Counted from the first letter of the stretch, positions 53,854-63,087 are shown. The stretch is 64,000 nt of DNA from Candidatus Polarisedimenticolia bacterium (GCA_050747445.1 JBOGOE010000229.1:2511-66510); one strand, 5' to 3'. The notes: generated by a model from the sequence alone, not told the origin. Program-made: numbers and translations.

Positions 53854-55281
53854 TCAGCGTCGCGCGCCGAGGGCCGCGAGCAGTTTTTCGTGGATCCCGC
53901 CGAAGGCGCCGTTCGACATCACCAGGACGACGTCCCCGGTCCCGGCCTCCGCAGCGAGCCTGGCCACCAGACCCTCGACATCCGGCACGCATGCGGCATC
54001 CTTGCCCCGGGCCTGCAGATCGCGCACCAGCCGTTCCACCGAAAAGCGCTGTCCTTCCGGCGCCCGCTCGGGGTGATCGACCGCGGCAATCAGGGTCCGG
54101 TCGGCGTCGTCGAACGCCTTGCCATACTCCTCCTGGAAGACGCTTCGCCGCGTCGTGTTGGTACGCGGCTCGAAGACCGCCCAGAGGCGGCGGCCGCGAT
54201 AGCGGTCGCGGGTGGCCGCCAGCGTCTCGCGCACCGCCGTCGGGTGATGCGCGAAGTCGTCGATCACCAGGATACCGCCGGACTGTCCGCGCACCTCCTG
54301 GCGTCGTTTCATGCCGGCGAAGGTCCGCAGCCCCTCACCGATCGCCGCGGGCGCGATTCCCCGATGATGGGCCACGGCGACGACGGAGAGAATGTTGCGC
54401 AGGTTGTGCATCCCGGTAAGCGTCGTCCGGTAGATGCCGAACGGCTCGCGGTCCCTGCTCACTTCGATCTCCATGCCGTCCGGCCCCGCGGAGCGGATCA
54501 GCCCGCGCCACCCCTCGCCCCCTCCGGTCCCGTAAGGCTGCCGCGGGCACCGCGCGGCCGCGATCACCTCGCGGACGTTGAGATCGTCGGCGCAGTACAC
54601 CAGCAGCCCGTCCTCGGGGATCAGATCGACGAATCGCCGGAAGGCCTCCTTCACGGAGGGCAGATCGGCGTACATCTCGGCATGGTCGTATTCGACCGAA
54701 GTCAGGACCGCGGTCCGCGGCCGGTAGTGCAGGAACTTCGGTCCCTTGTCGAAAAACGCCGTCTCGTACTCGTCCCCTTCGATGACGAACTCCTCCCCCT
54801 GGCCGAGACCGTACGAGCGGTTGAAGTTGCGCAGCACCCCGCCGACCAGGAACGACGGATGGCGTTCTCCAACCGACAGGATCCACGCCATCAGTCCCGC
54901 CGTCGTCGTCTTGCCGTGCGTCCCGGCGACCACGATGGGGTGACGGCCCTCCAGGAACAGGCGGGCGATCGCCTGAGGCATGCTGAGGCAGGGGATCCCC
55001 TCCGCCGCGGCAGCGACCGCCTCGGGGTTGGCGCGGGTGGCGATGTTGCCGATGACGACGAGATCGGGGCGCGGGGCGAGATTCTCCGCCCGGTAGCCTT
55101 CGATCAGGCGGATCCCCTTCTCCTTGAGCATGGTGCTCATCGGGGGGTAGACGGCCTGATCCGAGCCGCGGACGTCGAACCCGGCGTCGGCGAGCAGCCC
55201 GGCGAGCGAGCCCATGCCGGTGCCGCAGATGCCGACGAGGTGGACGCTCTTGACGACCGGTGGCGCTTGAAAAGCGGGCAT
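53854..55281 (-). CDS. mpl: UDP-N-acetylmuramate:L-alanyl-gamma-D-glutamyl-meso-diaminopimelate ligase (murein peptide ligase)
   Basis: Near-identical blocks to Mpl (HLVGICGTGMGSLA, VYPPMSTML, AGTHGKTTTAG, C-terminal VLVMSNGAFGGIHEKLL). Confidence 0.85.
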   Translation of the reverse strand: MPAFQAPPVVKSVHLVGICGTGMGSLAGLLADAGFDVRGSDQAVYPPMSTMLKEKGIRLIEGYRAENLAPRPDLVVIGNIATRANPEAVAAAAEGIPCLSMPQAIARLFLEGRHPIVVAGTHGKTTTAGLMAWILSVGERHPSFLVGGVLRNFNRSYGLGQGEEFVIEGDEYETAFFDKGPKFLHYRPRTAVLTSVEYDHAEMYADLPSVKEAFRRFVDLIPEDGLLVYCADDLNVREVIAAARCPRQPYGTGGGEGWRGLIRSAGPDGMEIEVSRDREPFGIYRTTLTGMHNLRNILSVVAVAHHRGIAPAAIGEGLRTFAGMKRRQEVRGQSGGILVIDDFAHHPTAVRETLAATRDRYRGRRLWAVFEPRTNTTRRSVFQEEYGKAFDDADRTLIAAVDHPERAPEGQRFSVERLVRDLQARGKDAACVPDVEGLVARLAAEAGTGDVVLVMSNGAFGGIHEKLLAALGARR

Positions 55282-55332
55282 GCGGGCGGGCCCCCGACCG
55301 GCCGCCTCACCGGCGGCCGGCGAACGGAAGTC

Positions 55333-55785
55333 CTACTGGCCGCTCGTCCCTGCGGGGTTCAGACCGAGCGCTTCGTCGGTGATCAGGCCGATCTTTTCGG
55401 CGCCACCGCCGCGGATCTCGTCCATGACGCCGACGACAAACTGGTACGGGATCTCGTTTTCCGCCTGGAAGAAGACGACCTTTTCGCGCCGCCCCTTCAT
55501 GAGTCCCTCGATCCGCTCCCGGACCGCTCCGGCCCCGCCGGGAATCTCCTCCTGATTCAGGAGGATGACCGGGGATTCCACCGGACCGCGGACGGTGATG
55601 ATGAGCTGCTCAACGACGTCCGTCGGAGCCTCCGCTTCAGTCTTCGGCGGCACCGAAATGTCGAGGGCGCGGCTGAGAAGCGGCGTCACCACCATGAAGA
55701 TGATGAGCAGTACCAGGACGATGTCAACGAAGGGGGTGACGTTGATGTCGGACTTGACGCCGCTGCCTCCGAGTTGCATGGCCAT
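55333..55785 (-). CDS. exbD: Biopolymer transport protein ExbD/TolR
   Basis: INVTPFVDIVLVLLIIFMV TM plus periplasmic domain. Confidence 0.8.
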   Translation of the reverse strand: MAMQLGGSGVKSDINVTPFVDIVLVLLIIFMVVTPLLSRALDISVPPKTEAEAPTDVVEQLIITVRGPVESPVILLNQEEIPGGAGAVRERIEGLMKGRREKVVFFQAENEIPYQFVVGVMDEIRGGGAEKIGLITDEALGLNPAGTSGQ

Positions 55786-55797
55786 GTGCTGTTCCTC

Positions 55798-56235
55798 CTA
55801 CTGCTCGCTGCCCGGCGTCTTCTCGGTGACCAGCGAGACCGTCTCGAACCCGGCGTCGTTGGTCTCGATCATCACCTTGCGGACGTCGCCATACAGCATC
55901 GCCCGGTCCGCCTTGATCAGGACCGACTTCTCCGGCATCCGGTCGTGGATCTCGGTCATCTCGGCCAGGTACTGCTCCCGGGGGATCGGCTTCTTCTGGA
56001 CGAAGATCGACTCTTCGCCGTTGGCCTCGGTTCGCACCGCGACGATGATGGCGTGCGCCTCGTCGTCTTCCTTCTTCTCGGTGTTCTTGGCGAACGGCAG
56101 ATTGACCTGGATCCCCTCCTGCAGCATGGGCGTCACCACCATGAAGATGATGAGCAGCACCAGGCAGATGTCGACGAAGGGGGTCACGTTGATTTCGGAA
56201 TTGAACCCCTTGTTGCTACCGAGCGACGCTGCCAT
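55798..56235 (-). CDS. exbD: Biopolymer transport protein ExbD/TolR (second tandem copy)
   Basis: INVTPFVDICLVLLIIFMV; paralogue of the 55333 gene. Confidence 0.8.
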   Translation of the reverse strand: MAASLGSNKGFNSEINVTPFVDICLVLLIIFMVVTPMLQEGIQVNLPFAKNTEKKEDDEAHAIIVAVRTEANGEESIFVQKKPIPREQYLAEMTEIHDRMPEKSVLIKADRAMLYGDVRKVMIETNDAGFETVSLVTEKTPGSEQ

Positions 56236-56905
56236 GCCCCGTTCCCTGCCGCTTCAGGAAGAAATCGACCAGCTCGGACGACGAGTTGGACATCTCGATC
56301 CCGAAGAATTCGATCTGCCCCTGGAAGTAGTTGAACATCCAGACCGCCGGAATGGCGACCCCCAGGCCGACCGCGGTGTTGATCAGCGCCTCGGCGATCC
56401 CGGCCGAAACCGCCCCGATGCCGCCCGAGCCGCTCATGGCCATGCTGGTGAAGGCGTTGATGATGCCGATGACGGTCCCCAGCAATCCGATGAAGGGGGC
56501 GGTGGAGCCGATGGTCGCCAGCCCGCCGAGTCCGCGCTTCATCTCCGCCGTGGTCAGGGCCGCCGCGCGCTCGACCGCGAGGCGCACCGACTCCACGGCG
56601 TCGTGGCTGGGCTGATCTTCCTTTTCGAACATGAACTGTTGCAGGCCGGCCGCAAGGACCTTTGCCAGGTGGCTCTTGTTGTACCGCTTGGCGGCCTCCA
56701 CCGCCTGACGGTAGTTCCCCTCCCGCAGCGACTTGGTCGCCAGCGGCAGGTAATCGATCGACTGTTTCTTCGCGGCCCGGAAGTACAGGAACCGTTCGAT
56801 GAACAATCCCAGCGAGTAAATCGACATCAGCACCATGAGCATGGCGATGCCCTTCGCGAGGAAGGTCATCTGTCCCCACATTTCAAAAAACGAATGACCC
56901 ATCAT
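56216..56905 (-). CDS. exbB: MotA/TolQ/ExbB proton channel family protein
   Basis: MMGHSFFEMWGQ start (catcat 56900-56905), three TMs, conserved GLLGTVIGII and ALINTAVGL. Confidence 0.85.
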   Translation of the reverse strand: MMGHSFFEMWGQMTFLAKGIAMLMVLMSIYSLGLFIERFLYFRAAKKQSIDYLPLATKSLREGNYRQAVEAAKRYNKSHLAKVLAAGLQQFMFEKEDQPSHDAVESVRLAVERAAALTTAEMKRGLGGLATIGSTAPFIGLLGTVIGIINAFTSMAMSGSGGIGAVSAGIAEALINTAVGLGVAIPAVWMFNYFQGQIEFFGIEMSNSSSELVDFFLKRQGTGHGSVAR

Positions 56906-56937
56906 AGGCGCACGCCCTCCTTGCGACCCGTGTCTGC

Positions 56938-57699
56938 TTACTGCAGCACGAAGTCCACGACAATCGTGAAATAGACGTCCACCGGCTTGCCGTTCTGCAG
57001 GCCGGGCTTGTATTTCCATTGCTTGACCGCCGCGATGGCGGCCTCGTCGAAGCCGAATTTGGAGCCGGGCGATCGGAGCACGGTGATGTCCGCCACCGCC
57101 CCGTCCTTGCGGATGACCGCCTGGAGGATGACCTGCCCCTGGACCTTGGCCTTGCGTGCGATCTCCGGGTAGGTCGGGTTTTTCTTGACGATGATCTCGG
57201 GGTTGCTGACGCCGCCGATGCCCGCGTAGAGCGGCTGATCGAGCATCCCTCCCTCGACGCCGCCGAGCATCCCTCCCAGGACGCCGCCCACCACGCCGCC
57301 GACGACGCCGCCGACGACACCGCCCACCACGCCCCCTTCCACCCCGCCGTCCACGCCTTCGTCCTCGCCCAGGTCTTCCTCGGGGGCGGTGATCGGCACC
57401 GGCTTGTCCTCCGGGACCATCTTGGGCTGGACCAGCTCGGTCGGCTTGGGGATCTCCTTGGGCTTGATCTCCGTGGTCTTCTTCTTCCGCGCCGGGGGCG
57501 GCGGGGGGGGCGGCGGGGGCGGCGGTGCCGCCACGAACGAGATGGTGATCGGCGGCGCCGGGACCGACTCCACGGTCATGAAGGAGGCGATGACCATGCC
57601 GCCGAGGACCACGGCGTGCGCGGCGATCGCGACCGGGAACGACAGCCACCGCCGGCTGCGTTGCCGTTTCTTCGTCGATATGACGACCGACTCGAACAA
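56938..57699 (-). CDS. tonB: Energy transducer TonB with poly-Pro and (GGV)n repeat spacer
   Basis: N-terminal TM, PPPPPPPPPPP plus KP/EP-rich spacer, unusual GG[VML] x13 repeat, TonB_C domain (NPTYPEIARKAKVQGQVILQAVIRKDGAVADITVLRSPGS..FDEAAIAAVKQWKYKP). Confidence 0.8.
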   Translation of the reverse strand: MFESVVISTKKRQRSRRWLSFPVAIAAHAVVLGGMVIASFMTVESVPAPPITISFVAAPPPPPPPPPPPARKKKTTEIKPKEIPKPTELVQPKMVPEDKPVPITAPEEDLGEDEGVDGGVEGGVVGGVVGGVVGGVVGGVLGGMLGGVEGGMLDQPLYAGIGGVSNPEIIVKKNPTYPEIARKAKVQGQVILQAVIRKDGAVADITVLRSPGSKFGFDEAAIAAVKQWKYKPGLQNGKPVDVYFTIVVDFVLQ

Positions 57700-57760
57700 G
57701 GCCTCACCTCATCTGGCTCGCCCGTCCCGCGGCCCGCGGGACGGCGCGGGAACGGACCGC

Positions 57761-58609
57761 CTACTTCTTCGCCATGGCCTTTTTGCGCAGGTCGAGCGCG
57801 ATGCGCTGCTGGGCGTCGGCCTCCTGCATCCACTTCGCGAACTCCTCGGTGTTGCCCAGCAGCTGGGCCACCTTGGCCTTTTCGCGGTACAGGAGGTTGA
57901 TATAGAGCACCGCTTCGAAGTAGTTCTCGCGCTCCGCCGCCGCCCGCTTCAGGTAATCGAGACCGATGTCGACCAGCTCCTTGCGGCGGTCCAGCTCCAT
58001 GGTCGTCCCCGCCTTGTAGACCTTCTCCCAGCACAGGACGCCGATGGTATAGAGCGCCTCCGGGTTCTTCTTCTCGAGCTCGGCGCGCCGCTTGTACCAC
58101 TCGAGAGAGGACTCGAAATCCCCCTTCTTCGAGTAGATCATCCCCAGGATCTGGGCCAGCCGGGACACCGCCTCGGTGTCGTCCCCCTGGCGCTTGACCT
58201 CCTCCTCGAAGAAAGCCGCCGCTTCGTCGTACCGCTCGGCCTGGAGGAACACGGTCAGGAGCTGCGCCTTGGCCTCTTCGTCGCCGGGGTCGTACTGGAT
58301 GTACCGCTTCAGGCTCTCGATGGCCTTCTGGGAGAAGAGGAGATCCTTGGGGTGGCGCGATCCGGGCTTGTAGAGGGCCATGTAGGCCAGCCCGGCGTTG
58401 TGGTACGCGATCGGAAGCTCGGGATTCAGGTAGGTGCTGTACCGGTACCACTGGACCGCTTTGTTGAAGTCCTGCGCCTTGTAGTACTCGTTTCCCTGCT
58501 TGGCCGCGTAGTTCGCTTTCAGTCGATTGATTGCCGACTGGCAGCCTGTCCCCGGCAGCAGGACGAGGGTCGCCAGGACCAGGGTGGCCGATCGCCTCAC
58601 TCCGATCAT
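57761..58609 (-). CDS. TPR-repeat lipoprotein (first gene of the tonB-exbBD operon)
   Basis: Lipobox LLPGTGC (start ATG 58607-58609); TPR helices throughout (NEYYKAQDFNKAVQWYRYSTYLNPE...). Confidence 0.6.
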   Translation of the reverse strand: MIGVRRSATLVLATLVLLPGTGCQSAINRLKANYAAKQGNEYYKAQDFNKAVQWYRYSTYLNPELPIAYHNAGLAYMALYKPGSRHPKDLLFSQKAIESLKRYIQYDPGDEEAKAQLLTVFLQAERYDEAAAFFEEEVKRQGDDTEAVSRLAQILGMIYSKKGDFESSLEWYKRRAELEKKNPEALYTIGVLCWEKVYKAGTTMELDRRKELVDIGLDYLKRAAAERENYFEAVLYINLLYREKAKVAQLLGNTEEFAKWMQEADAQQRIALDLRKKAMAKK

Positions 58610-58810
58610 CGCACTCCTCCGGAACGGCCCCGTGAGCCGGGCCGCCGACGGCCTCGCTGCTCTCTGCGTGGGGCGGAGGGCGATCCGCTCGCCCATCCGG
58701 CCGCGCATCATAGCCCGACTGGCCCCGAATTCTCAAGCAGCGGACGGGGGGATCGGGCGGGCCGCCGCGGCGTTTGCCCTGCACCGGCATCGCACCGGCT
58801 GGAGCCGCCG

Positions 58811-58853
58811 GAGAAAGAAAAAGGGCCGCCGCGCGAGGGGGCGCGGCGGCCCT
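58811..58853 (-). terminator. Rho-independent terminator for the 58881..59234 gene (minus strand)
   Basis: Perfect 12-bp GC stem (gggccgccgcgc / gcgcggcggccc, 58823-58852) with 6-nt loop. On the minus strand it is followed by UUUUUCUUUCUC (plus-strand gagaaagaaaaa 58811-58822). Lies 28 nt past the stop codon. Confidence 0.5.
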
Positions 58854-58880
58854 TCGGCCGCGGAGCCGAAGCGCGGCCGA

Positions 58881-59234
58881 TCAGGCGATGCTCATCTGGC
58901 TCCGGAGTCCGTCGAGCTGCAGCCGGAGCTTCAGGAGCGCCTCACGCTCGAGCTGGCGGACGCGCTCCTTGCTCAGTTTCAGGATGCGCGATACCGCTTC
59001 GAGCGTCAGCTCGCTCCCGTCCCGCATCCCGAAGCGACGCTCGATGATGTACCGCTCCCGCGGGGGCAGCTGCCGGAGGGCTTTCGCGAGGATGCGGTCC
59101 ATCTCCTCCCGCAGAATTTCCCGCTCGTGCCGGAAGGAGTTCGGATCGGAGAGAAACGCCTCCAGGCGGGTCTCCTCGTCCGGAGAGATGAAATCATCGT
59201 AGCTGGTTGCGTGGGGGAGAAGTTGGTGCCACAT
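58881..59234 (-). CDS. Small protein consisting only of a sigma-70 region-4-like HTH domain
   Basis: 117 aa; RERYIIERRFGMRDGSELTLEAVSRILKLSKERVRQLEREALLKLR matches sigma70 region 4.2. No region 2 upstream in any frame. Confidence 0.55.
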   Translation of the reverse strand: MWHQLLPHATSYDDFISPDEETRLEAFLSDPNSFRHEREILREEMDRILAKALRQLPPRERYIIERRFGMRDGSELTLEAVSRILKLSKERVRQLEREALLKLRLQLDGLRSQMSIA

Positions 59235-59488
59235 GTGCAGCTGGCCCTCCTTTCACGGCGCAGGCATTTAGCAACATCCCTGCCAACTCGCACGTGACCC
59301 ATTGGATGGGTCGCGGCGCGGCCAGGATGCAGCGCCGCGCCCCGGGTCAAGCGGCCGGATCGGGCTGATTTCAGGGAGGCTGCGCCCCATCCCCCGTCCG
59401 CCCGCCGGCGCCGCGCGGGCGTCGTCGATTCTCCCGCCCGGGCGTTCGGGCCGGTCGTTTTGGCACGCTGGGTGAACACTATGACTTT

Positions 59489-59518
59489 TTGACAGGCCAC
59501 TGCGCCCTCCGATACAGT
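59489..59518 (+). promoter_or_regulatory. Possible sigma70-like promoter TTGACA-N18-TACAGT upstream of polX
   Basis: ttgaca 59489-59494, tacagt 59513-59518. Only 22 nt before the proposed GTG start, so weak. Confidence 0.3.
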
Positions 59519-59539
59519 CCGTGGACGCCCGGGTGCCGC

Positions 59540-61264
59540 GTGGACAGGGAACGGATCGCCGACGCCCTCGAAGAATTCGCCCTCCTTCTGGAGATGAAGG
59601 GGGAAAGTCCGTTCAAAACGCGGGCCTACGCCAACGCCGCCGACCTCCTCCGGGCCCTGGATCAGGATCTCGGCGCGCTGGTCCGGGACGGTCGTCTCAC
59701 CTCCCTCAAGGGGATCGGCAAGGCCCTCAGCGAGAAAATCGCCGCCCTCTATCTCACGGGCGCCCTGCCCGCCCTGGACGATCTCCGGGCCGAGGTCCCG
59801 CAGGCGAAGGCCATCCGGGAGTTCCTGCGGATCCCGGGTCTCGGGATCAAGAAGGCCCGGATCCTGGCCGAATCGCTTCAAGTCGCCAGCCTGGGGGAGC
59901 TGGAGTACGCCTGCCGGGAGAACCGTCTCCTCGAGCTGCCCGGTTTCGGGGCGAGGGCCCAGGAGAAGATCCTCCGTGGCATCGAGCGGCTGAAGGACTA
60001 CAGCCGCCAGCTGCTCCTGAACGACGCATCCAGGATTTCGGAGACGATCGGGGAGGCGATCGGCCGCGTCGCCGGGGTCCGCGAGGTCCTGGTCGCCGGT
60101 CCCCTGCGCCGCTCCCGGGAAACCATCGACGCCCTGGCGCTGGTCGCGGTGGGCGGCGACCCCGGTTCGATCCTGGCGGCGGTCTCCGGCCTTGCGGGGG
60201 TCCAGTCGGCGGCCGCCCGCGGCGGCTCCCGGATCGAGGCCGCGCTCCAGGGTGGCATCCCCTTGACCCTCCTGATGGCCGCGCCCGGCGGCCGCACCGG
60301 GGCTCTTCTCGACGCAACCGGGAGCGAAGCGCACGTCGAGGCGCTGCGTCGGCGCGCCGCGGGGCTCGGCTTCGAGCTCCGCCCGGACGGGCTCTACCGC
60401 GCCGGCCGCCCGCGGGACACACCGGAGGAGGAGGCGCTGTATGCCGCCCTGGACATGGCGTTCGTCCCGCCCGAGCTGCGCGAGGGGGAGGAGGCGATCG
60501 CGATGGCGATCGACCGCCGGTTGCCGGCCCTCATCCGGGAACGGGACCTCCGCGGCATCGTCCACGTCCATTCCACATGGAGCGACGGCCGTCTGACGAT
60601 CGACGAAATCGTCCGCCGCAGCGCCGCTCTCGGCTACGACTACGTCGGCATCTCGGATCACAGCCGCTCGGCACGCTACGCACGGGGGTTGTCGGTGGAA
60701 TCGCTGCGCCAGCAGCAGCTGCAGATCGACGCGGCCCGGGAGGCCCACCCGGAGATCCGCGTTCTCAAGGGCAGCGAGGTGGACATCCTGCCGGATGGGA
60801 CGCTCGACTATCCCGACGAGGTGCTGGCCACGTTCGATTTCGTCGTGGCCTCGGTCCACTCGCAGTTCACCCTCCCGGAGGAGGAGCAGACCCGGCGGAT
60901 CGTCCGGGCCCTGCGGCATCCGCGGACCACCATCCTCGGCCACCCGACGGGGCGGCTGCTTCTGGCGCGCGATCCCTACGCGGTCGATCTGGAGGCGGTG
61001 CTGCGCGCGGCGGCGCAGGAGGGGGTCTTCGTCGAGCTCAATGCCCACCCCAGCCGCCTGGACCTCGACAGCGCCGCCTGCCGGAGGCTGCGGGAGCTGG
61101 GGGGGCGGGTGGCCATCGACCCCGATGCCCACGACGCCGAGGGGCTGGGCCACGCCCGCTTCGGAGTCGGCGTGGCCCGCCGCGCGGGGCTCACGGCCGC
61201 CGACGTCCTCAACACCACCTCGGCTTCCGGTCTGGATGCGGCCCTCCGGAGAGCGGCGCGGTGA
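59540..61264 (+). CDS. polX: DNA polymerase X family protein (Pol-beta-like N-terminal half with HhH motifs + C-terminal PHP phosphoesterase domain)
   Basis: N-terminus RIADALEEFALLLEMKGESPFKTRAYANAA, HhH GIGKAL/GLGIKKA, PHP HVHSTWSDG...GISDH...ELNAH. Start set to GTG 59540 (the ORF finder start TTG 59489 is also possible). TGA overlaps nth GTG. Confidence 0.8.
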   Translation: MDRERIADALEEFALLLEMKGESPFKTRAYANAADLLRALDQDLGALVRDGRLTSLKGIGKALSEKIAALYLTGALPALDDLRAEVPQAKAIREFLRIPGLGIKKARILAESLQVASLGELEYACRENRLLELPGFGARAQEKILRGIERLKDYSRQLLLNDASRISETIGEAIGRVAGVREVLVAGPLRRSRETIDALALVAVGGDPGSILAAVSGLAGVQSAAARGGSRIEAALQGGIPLTLLMAAPGGRTGALLDATGSEAHVEALRRRAAGLGFELRPDGLYRAGRPRDTPEEEALYAALDMAFVPPELREGEEAIAMAIDRRLPALIRERDLRGIVHVHSTWSDGRLTIDEIVRRSAALGYDYVGISDHSRSARYARGLSVESLRQQQLQIDAAREAHPEIRVLKGSEVDILPDGTLDYPDEVLATFDFVVASVHSQFTLPEEEQTRRIVRALRHPRTTILGHPTGRLLLARDPYAVDLEAVLRAAAQEGVFVELNAHPSRLDLDSAACRRLRELGGRVAIDPDAHDAEGLGHARFGVGVARRAGLTAADVLNTTSASGLDAALRRAAR

Positions 61265-62010
61265 CCCCGCGGAGCGCCCGCTCCGCGTCGGCGCGGGCGC
61301 CGCTGCCGCGGGTCCTGGAGGCGCTCCGCGCCGCGCGGCCCGAGGCCCGCGTGGAGCTCGATCATCGCAACCCCTTCGAGCTTCTGGTCGCCACCATCCT
61401 GTCGGCGCAATCGACCGATGCCCGGGTCAACCTGGTGACGCCGATCCTGTTCCGCGCCTGGCCCGGCGCCGCGGCCCTGGCGGCCGCCCCGATCGACCGG
61501 ATCGAGGAGGTCATCCGATCGACCGGGTTCTTCCGCGCCAAGGCCAAGGCCATCCAGGGCTGCGCCCGCGCCATCGTCGAGCGGCATGGAGGCGAGGTCC
61601 CACGCACGATCGGGGAGCTGACCGCCCTCCCCGGTGTCGGCCGCAAGACGGCCAACGTCGTGCTGGGGGCGGCGTGGGGCATCGCCTCGGGGATCGTGGT
61701 CGACACGCACATGGCGCGGGTGGCACGGCGGCTCGGATGGACCCGACGGAGCGACCCCGTGACGATCGAAAAGGACCTGATGGCGATCGTTCCCGAACGC
61801 GACTGGGTCTTCTGCTCCATCGCGATGGTCCTGCACGGCCGCTACGTGTGCCGGGCGCGGCGACCACGCTGCGGCGTCTGCGCGCTGCGCCCGTACTGTC
61901 CCTCGCGCCACCTGGAGGAATCGGCGGGGGGGGCCGGTGGGGGCAGGGTCACCCGGCGGAGGCGGCGGGGCGGTCCTCGTCGTCGTCGTCCGGACCGGGG
62001 TCGAGCTTGA
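61261..62010 (+). CDS. nth: Endonuclease III (DNA glycosylase/AP lyase, HhH-GPD with [4Fe-4S])
   Basis: PFELLVATILSAQSTD, HhH-GPD LPGVGRKTANVVL, catalytic K in GVGRK, Cys cluster C-x6-C-x2-C-x5-C (CRARRPRCGVCALRPYC). GTG start in GTGA overlap with polX. Confidence 0.85.
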   Translation: MTPRSARSASARAPLPRVLEALRAARPEARVELDHRNPFELLVATILSAQSTDARVNLVTPILFRAWPGAAALAAAPIDRIEEVIRSTGFFRAKAKAIQGCARAIVERHGGEVPRTIGELTALPGVGRKTANVVLGAAWGIASGIVVDTHMARVARRLGWTRRSDPVTIEKDLMAIVPERDWVFCSIAMVLHGRYVCRARRPRCGVCALRPYCPSRHLEESAGGAGGGRVTRRRRRGGPRRRRPDRGRA

Positions 62011-62245
62011 ATCCGACCCGCTCCGCTTCGCGCAACGCCCGGCGGACCAGTCGTTGCTCGCGCCAGCGGCGGATCCAGCGGCGCACGGTGCGGCTCTCGG
62101 CGCTCAGGAGGGCCAGACCGGGAAGGAACAACAGGATCCCGGGACCCGGCATCACCATCAGGATGAGGCCGCCGACCGTCAGCCCCCATCCGGCGGACAG
62201 ACGCACGAGCCTCCAGACGCGGCGCTTCCCCTCCTCGAAGGTCAT
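61949..62245 (-). CDS. Small PGPGW-motif transmembrane protein
   Basis: MTFEEGKRRVWRLVRLSAGWGLTVGGLILMVMPGPGILLFLPGLALLSAE. Start ATG overlaps dapF stop. Confidence 0.5.
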   Translation of the reverse strand: MTFEEGKRRVWRLVRLSAGWGLTVGGLILMVMPGPGILLFLPGLALLSAESRTVRRWIRRWREQRLVRRALREAERVGFKLDPGPDDDDEDRPAASAG

Positions 62246-63087
62246 CACGGCAGGATCTCGTCCGTGAGGTGGCCGACGTAGACCAGGCGGGCGTCCCCCT
62301 CGAGCCGGACACCGGTGGCGCGCCGCGCCTCCCCCTCGTAGCGCACCTCGATCCATTCCCCCGATCGCGTCCGCAGACGCATCGGCTGGGCGCCCCGGCC
62401 CGCGGCGCCGGCGGCGATCGCCGCCGCGACGCAGCCGGTGCCGCAGGCGAGGGTCTCCCCCTCCACCCCGCGCTCGAAGGTCCGGATCGCCAGCCCGCCC
62501 TGCAGCAGGGGGTGGACGAAGTTGACGTTCACCCCGGCCGGCGCGAAACGGGGGTGCTGGCGCAGCGCCCGGCCCAGCAAGTCGATCGCCTGGGTCGCGG
62601 CGAACTCGCGGAACACCACGAAGTGGGGCACCCCGGTGTCGACGAACGTGCCGCGGATGACCTGACCCTCGCAGGCGACTTCGATCTCCTCGGTTCCGCG
62701 CGGGTCGCGCATCTCGAGGGACACGCGCCGCCCCTGGATCTCGGCGTGGTGCACCATGACGTCGGTCTCGAGGCGCAGCCGCGGCGGGGCGATCCCCTGC
62801 AGGTATGCCAGACGGGCGGCGCAGCGGGCGCCGTTGCCGCAGAAAGTCGGCCGGCCGTCCGGGTTGTAGAAGCTGGCGCGGACATCCGCCCCGGACGATC
62901 GTTCCAGCAGGATCACGCCGTCGGCCCCGACCGACAGACCGCGCGCGCAGAGGGCGGGGACGCGCGATGGCAGACCCGCCGCCCGCAGGGAGCCGTTTCG
63001 ATCGTCGAACAGGATGAAGTCGTTGCCGCCCGCCGTCATCTTGAAGAACTCGGAGGCGAGGGGCGCGGCGAGGCGTGGCGGGCTCAT
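62245..63087 (-). CDS. dapF: Diaminopimelate epimerase
   Basis: FFKMTAGGNDFILFD, active-site Cys in FCGNGARC and ACGTGCVAAA. Confidence 0.85.
   Translation of the reverse strand: MSPPRLAAPLASEFFKMTAGGNDFILFDDRNGSLRAAGLPSRVPALCARGLSVGADGVILLERSSGADVRASFYNPDGRPTFCGNGARCAARLAYLQGIAPPRLRLETDVMVHHAEIQGRRVSLEMRDPRGTEEIEVACEGQVIRGTFVDTGVPHFVVFREFAATQAIDLLGRALRQHPRFAPAGVNVNFVHPLLQGGLAIRTFERGVEGETLACGTGCVAAAIAAGAAGRGAQPMRLRTRSGEWIEVRYEGEARRATGVRLEGDARLVYVGHLTDEILP

Noticed and set aside
55333-56235. Tandem exbD duplication as something unusual
   Set aside because: Two ExbD/TolR paralogues after exbB is a common arrangement in TonB systems of many Gram-negatives.
59461-59478. Sigma-54 promoter (TGGCACGctggGTGAAC) upstream of polX
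   Set aside because: The -24 GG is present but the -12 element lacks the conserved GC, so at best it is a weak match. Kept only as a remark.
59521-62010. 829-aa ORF covering polX and nth
   Set aside because: Its 5' 1.7 kb is an alternative frame of polX. Only the portion from GTG 61261 (endonuclease III) is real.
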